33,834 nucleotides of DNA from Akkermansiaceae bacterium (GTDB lineage Bacteria > Verrucomicrobiota > Verrucomicrobiia > Verrucomicrobiales > Akkermansiaceae), in assembly GCA_040264795.1 (NCBI GenBank), contig JBDQHQ010000001.1, positions 1 through 33,834 of the forward strand. Reading direction: 5' to 3'. The notes beneath the pieces are model-generated. The model was given only the letters and a program-made list of their open reading frames with translations. It was not told where the DNA came from and did not search any database. A program made the translations under genes and the position numbers. Numbering within the stretch: the stretch's first letter is position 1; the number at the start of each line of letters is the position of its first letter. Below, in pieces: positions 8,732 to 16,579 of this stretch.

Positions 8732-9730
8732 TTATGGAAGTGTGCGTTTGTTATTAAACAACAACCAGAGAAAAAATGGTCCACCCAGTAGTGCGGTGAC
8801 AATGCCTACGGGAACTTCTGCCGAGGAGGAAATATTGCGGGCAAGGGTGTCACATAGGGCAAGGAAACTGCCGCCAAATAAAATCGAAGCCGGGATCAGG
8901 CGATGGTGATGAGAGCCGATCATAAGCCGGCAAATGTGAGGTGACATGATGCCGACAAATCCGATTGGGCCACAGACGGTGACGATGCCTGCAATCATGA
9001 GAGAAACTCCAAAAAAGAGAATAAGTCGTGTTCTCTCAACATGAACGCCGCGGCTGGCAGCCACGTCATCGGTAATGGATAATAGATTTAGTTCGCGGTG
9101 CAGAAATACGGTGATGAGTATGCCACTAAGCACGAAAGGTGCGAGTTGTAGCACGGTATCCATGCTGGCACGACTCAGATCACCCATGAGCCAGTGTAGG
9201 ATTCGGAAGCTGCTGCCTGCATCACTAAGATACTGTAAGAGCAGGATCAGGCTCGAAAAAAAGAAGCTGATGGCGACGCCACCCAGCAGCATGGTTGTGG
9301 GGGATGTTTTGCCGGAGCAACGGGCGATGCCATACACGAGGGCTACCGAGAAAAAGGCACCGAGCAGCGCGAACAACGAGGTGCTTGAAAGTCCCGCCAA
9401 AGTGAAATGAAGTCCGCTGACAATGGCGATCGTGACTCCCAGTGAGGCTCCGCTTGCCACTCCGAGAGTGAAGGGGGTTGCCAGTGGGTTGCGGAAAAGG
9501 GCTTGGAAGACCACACCACCAAGTGACAGGCCGGCTCCGGCAAGAAAAGACAGTAGCACACGAGGAACACGAATTTGCCATAGGATGATGGCGTCCATGT
9601 CATTCGCTCCCGGGCGGGTCAGGGCATCCCAGCTAAGCGCATGGTGACCCACCCAGGGAGTGAGCATGACGGTTATCACAGCAAGGAGGCACAAGCTGAG
9701 TATGACTGTAGTCTTGTTCTTGGTAATCAT
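8732..9730 (-). CDS. btuC: Cobalamin ABC transporter permease (BtuC/FecCD family)
   Basis: RVPRV, QALFRNPLATPFTLGVASGA, GPIGFVG and PVGIVTALLGGPFFLWLL; lies in a riboswitch-led operon. Confidence 0.85.
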   Translation of the reverse strand: MITKNKTTVILSLCLLAVITVMLTPWVGHHALSWDALTRPGANDMDAIILWQIRVPRVLLSFLAGAGLSLGGVVFQALFRNPLATPFTLGVASGASLGVTIAIVSGLHFTLAGLSSTSLFALLGAFFSVALVYGIARCSGKTSPTTMLLGGVAISFFFSSLILLLQYLSDAGSSFRILHWLMGDLSRASMDTVLQLAPFVLSGILITVFLHRELNLLSITDDVAASRGVHVERTRLILFFGVSLMIAGIVTVCGPIGFVGIMSPHICRLMIGSHHHRLIPASILFGGSFLALCDTLARNISSSAEVPVGIVTALLGGPFFLWLLFNNKRTLP

Positions 9731-10521
9731 GTGCCGGGTGTTTGCTGGGGTAAAACCAAGGGCTTGCCTGATTGAGGGTGTGGATGAAGTAGCCAGTCTG
9801 CATCAAATACCTGCTGAAGGGTTTCTTTTTGCATGAAGTCGGTAGCTTGCTCATCAATGAGTGTATGGCCGTCACGCATGCCAATGATTCGGTCAAAATC
9901 ACATGAAGCCCAATTGAGATCATGGGTAATGACGATCAAGGTGATCCCGTTTTCCTGTGATATCTTGGTTAAGAGTTTATGGATCATGTCTCGTTGCCTC
10001 GGGTCGAGGTGTGCCGAGGGCTCATCGAGAATCAATACCGGTGACTCTTGTGCGAGGGCCGCGGCGATGCTGACTTTCTGACGCTCGCCACCACTCATGG
10101 TGGAGAGCGCTTGCTCGCTGAGGTGGGTAATTCCGGTGATGTCAATCGCTCTATCCACGATCTCAGAGTTGGCCTCAGATTGATTTTTTGGCCCGCATCC
10201 GTAGGCGTATCGGCTTAGGCTGATATACTCCCTGGCAGTGAATGAGATGCGCTCGGGGAGCTGCTGGGGAACATAACTCGTCAAGCGTGCGATTTCACTC
10301 CGGCTTATTTGACCGATGGGGGACCCGTTCAATAAAATACTGCCACTGTCCGGACGGGTGAGGCCAAGAATGCAACGTGCCAGGCTTGTTTTGCCGGCCC
10401 CATTAGGGCCAATGATGGCGAGACGCTCCCCCGAGCTCACTTCCAGATGAGCATCATTCAAGAGGGTGTTACCACCTTTACTGAGGCTGAGTGCTGAGGC
10501 CTTGATGATATGCTGATCCAT
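9727..10521 (-). CDS. btuD: Cobalamin ABC transporter ATP-binding protein
   Basis: GPNGAGKT Walker A, MSGGERQ signature, ILDEP Walker B, THDLN; ATGA overlap with the permease. Confidence 0.85.
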   Translation of the reverse strand: MDQHIIKASALSLSKGGNTLLNDAHLEVSSGERLAIIGPNGAGKTSLARCILGLTRPDSGSILLNGSPIGQISRSEIARLTSYVPQQLPERISFTAREYISLSRYAYGCGPKNQSEANSEIVDRAIDITGITHLSEQALSTMSGGERQKVSIAAALAQESPVLILDEPSAHLDPRQRDMIHKLLTKISQENGITLIVITHDLNWASCDFDRIIGMRDGHTLIDEQATDFMQKETLQQVFDADWLLHPHPQSGKPLVLPQQTPGT

Positions 10522-10525
10522 GGGT

Positions 10526-11497
10526 TTAGCGGGTAAATGATGCCGAGATCGCTAGGGTGAATTGTTGGAGAGTTTGTGGGAAGCGTGGGCCGGGAATCAA
10601 GTGTTGATCACCGTGAATGATCACAACGCGCTTGTTTTTGATAGCCTTGATTTCCGGGAATGCCTGCCACGCTGCTAGTAGCCGATCTCTGCCCACTCGA
10701 AGCCATGTGTCCGTGTTGACCATATCAATGATGATGTCCGGCCTGAGTTCAATGAGCTTCTCTCTGGATAGCATCGGGAATGATACAGGTCCCTGGTAAG
10801 CATTAACCCCGCCTGCCATTTCGATGAGTTCTCTGTGATAACCCGAGCTGCCGGCGATCACCACCTGATCGGGTTGTTGGGCGGCAGTATCCCGGCTAAT
10901 ACAGACTAGAACACGAGGTTTGGGAGCATTTGTGGAGTAGCTTAAGGATTGCTCACTGAGCTGGTTTTGGATGCCTGTAGCCAACTGCTTGGCGCGCCGG
11001 GGAAGTGCCATTGCATTACCTATGAGAGAAATGGAGTCGATGATGCCGGCAGTGTGATTATGATCCACGCTGATCGTATCTATGCCAATTTCACTAAATC
11101 TGTTTGCTGCTTGGCTTTGTTCCTTGAGCAAGATTATGCAGTCCGGCTTGAGCTCCAATACTTTCTCAAAGTTGAGATCCATATAACCACCCACGCATGG
11201 CTTTTGCTTTGCCTCCGGCGGGTGGTTGGCAAAACGTGGAACTCCCACCAGCTTGCTCTCTAGTCCGAGCTGGTAGATGATTTCCACGATGCTTGGCGAG
11301 AGAGCAATAATGCGATGATAACTGGCAGCTTTGGTTTCAGGCTGTTGAGCTCCACTGGTATTGCTGATATGTGTTCTGAGAAGCTGGCAGCCGATAAAGA
11401 AAACAAGGATCACAAGCACAAGAAGCAGCCCACGAGCGCGACTGCTTGCTTGCTTTATTGTGTGATGATTTCCCGGCATGGGAGTGGAAGCTGGCAT
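10526..11497 (-). CDS. btuF: Cobalamin ABC transporter substrate-binding protein (BtuF-like)
   Basis: RIIALSPSIVEIIYQLG..KLVGV, NFEKVLELKPD and PGPR motifs; N-terminal hydrophobic anchor. Confidence 0.8.
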   Translation of the reverse strand: MPASTPMPGNHHTIKQASSRARGLLLVLVILVFFIGCQLLRTHISNTSGAQQPETKAASYHRIIALSPSIVEIIYQLGLESKLVGVPRFANHPPEAKQKPCVGGYMDLNFEKVLELKPDCIILLKEQSQAANRFSEIGIDTISVDHNHTAGIIDSISLIGNAMALPRRAKQLATGIQNQLSEQSLSYSTNAPKPRVLVCISRDTAAQQPDQVVIAGSSGYHRELIEMAGGVNAYQGPVSFPMLSREKLIELRPDIIIDMVNTDTWLRVGRDRLLAAWQAFPEIKAIKNKRVVIIHGDQHLIPGPRFPQTLQQFTLAISASFTR

Positions 11498-11511
11498 CTG
11501 GGGTGGGTGAC

Positions 11512-13482
11512 TTACCAGGCAATACTCACTCCCCCAAAGACCCCGCGTCCGCGCCCAGGGTAGGTGGTGAAGGTATCGCTATAGTATTCGTAATTCTCAT
11601 CGAGGAGATTTTCTACGCGTAGATTCAAGGCAACATGATCGCTGAGCTTATAATGGCCGTAGAGGTTGATGATCTGATAAGAAGACAATGAATTGCCTCC
11701 ATAGCTCCTGCGATCTACATAGGAGGCACTGAGCCCGGCCTGGAGCTTGTCGGTGACTTTACCGTTGATGCGGATCCCAATCGTGTTGTCAGGGATGTCG
11801 ACCAGTTTGCGGTCAAGCCATGTATAAGAGACCGTCATGCTGAGGCGATCATTGAGGAAGTTAGCCATAGCGAATGCCTCAATGCCACTGGTCTCTGAGG
11901 TTCCCTTCAAATTGATGTAGCCGCTGCCTGGATTGACGATTGCATCCTCAAGTTGATTGCCAAAGTAAGTAAGGCCTATCGTGTATTGGTCGTCGCAGAA
12001 GCCTTGTTCAACGCCAAAGTCCCATCCCAATGACTCGACCGGATCGAGGTCAGGGTTGGCTGCGATGCCAAACGCGGGGTTGCCGTTTAATTCACTTGAA
12101 TTTGGAATCCGAAAGCCGTGACCCAGACTGCCACGGAAAATAGTGTTACTCCGCTCACAGGTATAAGTACTGGCAAGGCGCCATGTGAAAACGTCATCAT
12201 TAAAACCATTAAGGCCATCATCACTGTAGTCCTCCCAGCGAAATCCTCCGGAGAGGCTGAGTTGCTCAAGGGGACTCCAGATATGATTGATATATGCACC
12301 TTGTTGTTCACGGCTGCGCTCGTCGTCGCTGCCAAAGCTGTCCCGGTAGCGGTAATCGGAATTTTCATGCACAAGGCCGGTTATGGTGGTGTGTTGACGA
12401 CTCCATTTGATGGTATTGTCCCAGTAAATACCTTTTTTTGTGAGGGATTCCTCATTGGTAAATGAAATGGTGGGTGGTTGTGTGCCCGGGTTATAGAATA
12501 GATCACCCGGATTACCGAAGGATGGAGTGGCAGCACGGCTCACAAAGTCGGATTCCTGATCGTAGATGCCAAGTGTCAGTTTGCTGCTCCAGATCTGATT
12601 CCATTGGTAATTGGCAAAAAGTGTAGCCAGGTCATAACGAAAATCCGTCTCGTCCGGCCCATTGTAGAACGGACCCGTTTGGGGACCTTCGTAAGTCGAT
12701 TCTGCGCCACGCAGGGTGAGTCCGACACTGAGGCGGTCGTTCACTTCATAATCAAGACGAAGTGCGTAGGAAGCCATATCAAATGTATTATGAGGGAGGT
12801 CATTATCGGTGACCTCTTGTCCAAGCGACATTGAATAGGATAGGCCTTGGTCGGATCCCTGTAGGCTGAAGTTGGAGTTCACGGAGTTGAATGACCCGCC
12901 CTCGACTTGGACACTGCCACTGTGATCACCTTGACCTTTTTTCGAGTAGAGGCCCAGCACACCTGCGATGGAATCACCGCCATAAAGGGCTCCCTGTGGT
13001 CCGCGCAGGACTTCGATTCGGGACAAGCCATTGAGGTTGTTGGATCCCAGAAATTGCTTGCTGAGTATAAAACCACTATTGGTGTCACTGATGCGCATGC
13101 CATCGACAAGTATATGAGTGTGCGTAGTCCTCAAGCCCCTGATGTAGAGGTCCGAGGAAGAGCCCCTTTGGCCACCCAGTGATTCAGAGGTAACGCCAGG
13201 GACGAATTTCAAGGCTTCATCAATCGAGCGAATACCTGATTGAGACAGGCTGTCAGCATCCAGAACGCTGACTGAACTACCCACTTGGGAGAGGGGGCTC
13301 ACTATCCGGTTAGCAATGATCGTGGTATCCGGGAGCTTTTCAGGTTCCTCCTCGGCCGAATCGACGGCGCTTGCAGATACTAGACAAAAGGCGATGATGT
13401 ATCCTCTTCCACGGTTATAGAAACGAGTGGGCAGGGCTAACTTGGTAACACTCGTATAGAGTGCGGTTATTTTATGTTGCAT
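11512..13482 (-). CDS. btuB: TonB-dependent receptor, probable cobalamin receptor
   Basis: Plug motifs IRGL..H..ILVDG and RIEVLRGPQGALYGGDSIAGV; C-terminal LRVENLLDENY...GR...GVSIAW; first gene after a cobalamin riboswitch. Confidence 0.85.
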   Translation of the reverse strand: MQHKITALYTSVTKLALPTRFYNRGRGYIIAFCLVSASAVDSAEEEPEKLPDTTIIANRIVSPLSQVGSSVSVLDADSLSQSGIRSIDEALKFVPGVTSESLGGQRGSSSDLYIRGLRTTHTHILVDGMRISDTNSGFILSKQFLGSNNLNGLSRIEVLRGPQGALYGGDSIAGVLGLYSKKGQGDHSGSVQVEGGSFNSVNSNFSLQGSDQGLSYSMSLGQEVTDNDLPHNTFDMASYALRLDYEVNDRLSVGLTLRGAESTYEGPQTGPFYNGPDETDFRYDLATLFANYQWNQIWSSKLTLGIYDQESDFVSRAATPSFGNPGDLFYNPGTQPPTISFTNEESLTKKGIYWDNTIKWSRQHTTITGLVHENSDYRYRDSFGSDDERSREQQGAYINHIWSPLEQLSLSGGFRWEDYSDDGLNGFNDDVFTWRLASTYTCERSNTIFRGSLGHGFRIPNSSELNGNPAFGIAANPDLDPVESLGWDFGVEQGFCDDQYTIGLTYFGNQLEDAIVNPGSGYINLKGTSETSGIEAFAMANFLNDRLSMTVSYTWLDRKLVDIPDNTIGIRINGKVTDKLQAGLSASYVDRRSYGGNSLSSYQIINLYGHYKLSDHVALNLRVENLLDENYEYYSDTFTTYPGRGRGVFGGVSIAW

Positions 13483-13496
13483 TGGTGATGAGTGTT

Positions 13497-13678
13497 TCCT
13501 GTTATACGCAGGAGATCGCTCTACTCTCCATGGCTGGCATTCTGACTTATCATGACACTTTTACATGTCATGACTCACAGTGGCGTAACCGCTCCAGAAT
13601 AGCTCGTGTCTGTGACAAGAGCATCACTGGATTCCCCATCTATTTCCTGCCCGTCAGTTGCGGGCCTCCATGTAGAGA
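13497..13678 (-). ncRNA. Cobalamin riboswitch (compact form) with downstream P13 hairpin
   Basis: Minus strand reads CUCUACAUGG..GCCCG-loop-CGGGC..GGGGAAUCCAGUG..AUUCUGGAGCGGUUACGCCACUGUGA..AAGUCAGAAUGCCAGCCAUGGAGAG. It contains GGGAA, GCCACUG, the B12 box and P1 pairing. P13 UCCUG/CAGGA lies at 13497-13513, directly upstream of a btu operon. Confidence 0.92.
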
Positions 13679-13739
13679 TCACATCATTGATGACGTGATG
13701 AATGTATTTACTGCTAAAAAAGCCGGATAGCAATCCGAT

Positions 13740-13754
13740 TGAGAAATATTCTCA
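13740..13754. promoter_or_regulatory. Candidate Fur-family operator (7-1-7 inverted repeat TGAGAAA-T-ATTCTCA)
   Basis: One mismatch from the perfect TGAGAAT-N-ATTCTCA palindrome; located between the divergent btuB and dksA-like genes. Confidence 0.45.
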
Positions 13755-13888
13755 GTATGTGGTTGATTGGTCTCGGAATATGGTCTAATTTTCAAAGTGT
13801 TATTCATTTTCTAACACTTCATCTGTAATTTCATACCATATTACATTCACAGACAACCCATAACCTATAACCTGTAACCCATTCATTA

Positions 13889-14254
13889 ATGACAGAGAGC
13901 GAAAAACAAGAATTGCGGGCAGCCCTGATTGGGCAGCGTAACGAAGTAATGGAAGATGTCAGCCGGCATGGAGTTAAAACAGGTGTAGGAGCAGGTGCTA
14001 TCGCAGATGAGACGGAGAGGGCCGATAAGATTGCCGAGAATATGGTCGAGCATCAACTCGGCTTTTCAGAGAGCAAGCTTTTGGAAAAAATTGAATATGC
14101 TCTGGAGCGCTTGGATGAGGGCTCGTATGGCATTTGTGATGACTGCAAGAAAGAGATCAACATTGAGCGTTTGAAAGCCAAGCCATCGGTCTCACTTTGC
14201 ATTAACTGTCAAACAGCCAAAGAGCAGGGAAGTAACAGGGACATGCTGCGCTAA
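13889..14254 (+). CDS. DksA/TraR family C4 zinc-finger protein
   Basis: IEYALERLDEGSYGICDDC...I.IERL.A.P...LCINCQ; coiled-coil tip ADETERA. Confidence 0.92.
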   Translation: MTESEKQELRAALIGQRNEVMEDVSRHGVKTGVGAGAIADETERADKIAENMVEHQLGFSESKLLEKIEYALERLDEGSYGICDDCKKEINIERLKAKPSVSLCINCQTAKEQGSNRDMLR

Positions 14255-14351
14255 GTGATTGAGCAGGGAGTCTCAGCCTTGGTGGTTTTGATCGAGTGGA
14301 CCCCTCGTTTTGAGGCTTTTCTGGGGCTTGAGAGCTGAGCCCTGATCCGTT

Positions 14352-14380
14352 AAAAAAAGAAGCACGGCGAATACCGTGCT
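14352..14380 (-). terminator. Rho-independent terminator for the minus-strand cytochrome c/HMA gene (may be bidirectional)
   Basis: Minus strand AGCACGG-TATTCG-CCGTGCT followed by TCTTTTTTT. Confidence 0.75.
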
Positions 14381-14433
14381 CTGTTTATTTGATGTGCTTG
14401 ATGTTTGCAGTGCTTGTGGGGCAATTGAAATCC

Positions 14434-16428
14434 CTATTGGGCAATTGAGGCACCGTAGCCGGCGTCTTTGATCGCCTTGATGAGTGCATCATTGCTGACG
14501 TTATTCTGAGCGGTGACGACAGCTTTGTCAGGCATGCTCACATCTGCTTTGGTGACTCCCTTGACTGCTTCAAGTGCGGACCGCACTTTTTTCACACAGC
14601 TAGCGCCTCATGTCATGCCGCTTACTTTGAGTTGTATGGTTTTGGCTGCCTGAGGCTTGGGCGCGGCTTGAGCTGCGGGAGGTTTGGGCGCTTCTTTTTT
14701 GGGAGCTGCTGGCTTGGGTGCTGGAGGTTTTGGGGCGGCAGGTTTCGGAGCTGCCGGCTTGGGCGCGGCAGCCTTCAAGCTGGCTCCAAGGATTACCTCG
14801 GGAACAAGCTTGTCCTGATCCTCTTCTTCGAGACCCTCTTGGGCTTGTTGGTAAGCCTCAACGAGCACCTTTTCCAAGGACTGGGCACCTGCATCAGAGA
14901 CTTTGGTGTTCCACAAGTATACTTTTTTCAGAGAGCTCATTTCCTCCAGGTTCTTGATGCCTGCATCTGTTACACCTGTGCTGTGGAGATTCAAAATTTC
15001 CAGTCGATTGAGTCTTTGGATTTCCGGCAGGGAGGAATCGGTGATGCCGGTCTGGTTGAGCTTGAGAGAGCGTAGACCCACAAATCCGCCAATCACCTGT
15101 GCGGAAGCATCCGTGATGGCAGTGGCGCTCAGATCGAGCTCGGTGATGTCATTGGCGGCATCTTTCAGGATTGCGAGGCTTTCGTCATTGAAGTCCTTGC
15201 GGTAGCTCACTGCGGAGAAGGAGAGGTTCGTACTATCCTTGGAGATGTAATTGAGGGAGCCTGCGTATTTTTCATTAACCGACTTCAGCGAAGAGGCAAG
15301 GCGCGAGCGCTTGGCTTTCATGGCAGCAACGCGTTCTTTTTCAGCCTTTTCTTTGGCTGCTTTCTCACGAGCAATTTGCTCTGGTGTCTTGAGGGTGTTG
15401 ATAGCTGCCGTAATCTCCTCTGGAACTTCGATCGCACTGAGGGTGTCTGTCTCAGGTGCGCCAATCTTCACCCACCAATCGATGATCTCGATTTCTTCCT
15501 TGGTGAGTTGTTTTTTGCCCTCGGGTGGCATGTGCAGATCATCTTCCATGGGGAGGTGGAGATAGGTGACCATGGCACTGTTTTCCGTATCGCCAGGAAT
15601 CAGGCAGTCCGTTTCCTCACCACCATCAAGCAGTGCAGCATAGCTATCCATGCGGAGGCCGCTTTTCTGCTTCTTCTCACCATGGCAGGTGATGCATTTT
15701 TGCTCCAGAATGGGGTGAATGATGTTGGTGTAAACAATAGGATCAACAATGACCTCCTCCTTGGCGGCTTCTTCATCCAGTTTCCATGGTGCTTTGTCCA
15801 TGGGGTCACCATGCGTGATTTCTCCACCGTGGTGACCAGCACTCATCATCATCGCTGTAGTGAGGAGTAGACCGAGGATGTAGCCGGGCTTGGCAAACTT
15901 ACCCCAGCAATTGATATCGGAGGCATACTTGACGAGGAAGGTGGCGATTAGAAGAATAGTAAAAATGATGCCATCGCGCTTGTGTTCCTCAATGAGCTCA
16001 CCGGAAAAGTCACCCGTCAGGTAGAGGCAATACCCGAAGACAACGGCGAATACTCCGGTAGCTGAGGCGAAGAAGAGAGCGAGTGTGGTGTTCGGGCTGT
16101 ATTTGCCAAAGGTGATCAGGCGAAGAACCTCCATGACCAGAACAAGCATTACTGCACCGATGGGAAGGTGCAGAAAGAGGGGGTGGAATTCTCCCAGAAA
16201 ACCGATCCATTTGCCAATAGTGGTAGTGACACTCTCACTGGCCATGCCGACCTCTCCCAAGGTGGGCATGATGGCAACGCAAATCACAGCGATTACGCTG
16301 ATAACGATTACAGGAATGAAGAATTTGCGCTGAGCACCGTTTGGAGCCTTCTCGGAGCTGCTCTCAGTCTTCTCGCTCTTGCTTTTCTTGTCTTTGGCTG
16401 ATTTGCCTTCGTTTTTATCCATGGTCAT
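14434..16428 (-). CDS. Predicted selenoprotein, 664 aa with U at codon 607: His-rich membrane domain (DUF2231-like) + planctomycete cytochrome c + LRR + Pro/Ala/Lys linker + C-terminal HMA domain
   Basis: FHPLFLHLPIG and GHHGGEITHG TM domain; CITCHG..KQKSGLRMDS..MPP cytochrome c; LRR units (LRSLKLNQTGITD). The tail reads KTIQLKVSGMT[TGA]GASCVKKVRSALEAVKGV...LIKAIKDAGY to TAG at 14434-14436. The upstream 606 aa are certain; readthrough is inferred. Start may be 16428 or 16422. Confidence 0.8.
14572..14588 (-). promoter_or_regulatory. Candidate bacterial SECIS element
   Basis: AAGUGCG-GUC-CGCACUU, a perfect 7-bp stem with a G-U apical loop starting 26 nt after the in-frame UGA. Confidence 0.7.
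14644..14772 (-). repeat. Coding pentapeptide repeat (PAAPK)n flexible linker
   Basis: AAAPKPAAPKPAAPKPPAPKPAAPKKEAPKPPAAQAAPKPQAA. Confidence 0.9.
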
Positions 16429-16450
16429 TGAATGAACGTTGATTGAGATT

Positions 16451-16505
16451 GAAATCTTACGCAAAACTTACACAAAACTTACACAAATAGGACACAAAAA
16501 TTACT
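16451..16505. repeat. Five tandem 11-bp direct repeats (consensus CAAAACTTACA), candidate regulator binding array
   Basis: GAAATCTTACG CAAAACTTACA CAAAACTTACA CAAATAGGACA CAAAAATTACT. Confidence 0.75.
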
Positions 16506-16520
16506 TTTTCGCCCAAAAGA

Positions 16521-16540
16521 AAATTAGGCAAGGCTAATTC
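16521..16540. promoter_or_regulatory. Candidate DtxR/MntR/SloR-type operator AAATTAG-GCAAGG-CTAATTC
   Basis: AATTAG-N6-CTAATT inverted repeat just upstream of a TTGACC -35-like hexamer (16545-16550) of the metal ABC operon. Confidence 0.6.
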
Positions 16541-16579
16541 TTGCTTGACCATCGCAATTTGGGGGCTTAGGAGTTGGAT

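Noticed and set aside
8732-13482. Siderophore/heme uptake assignment for the TonB-ABC operon
   Set aside because: The leader cobalamin riboswitch and BtuF-like motifs favour B12 uptake
13461-13730. 89-aa ORF between btuB and dksA
   Set aside because: Antisense to the cobalamin riboswitch; no coding features
14419-14448. Duplicated 10-mer GGGCAATTGA around the HMA stop codon
   Set aside because: Only two copies and no associated element; insufficient evidence for a target-site duplication
14434-14538. Separate small HMA gene restarting at the internal ATG (MPDK)
   Set aside because: It would lack the metal-binding loop; the domain's first strand and GMT lie upstream of the TGA in the same frame
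14608-14610. Genome-wide TGA reassignment (Trp/Gly)
   Set aside because: TGA ends other genes at the expected positions (e.g. 5480, 19706, 24594, 33450) and no other conserved gene has an internal TGA
16451-16505. CRISPR array or replication iterons
   Set aside because: Units are 11 bp with no spacers, and there are no cas or rep genes
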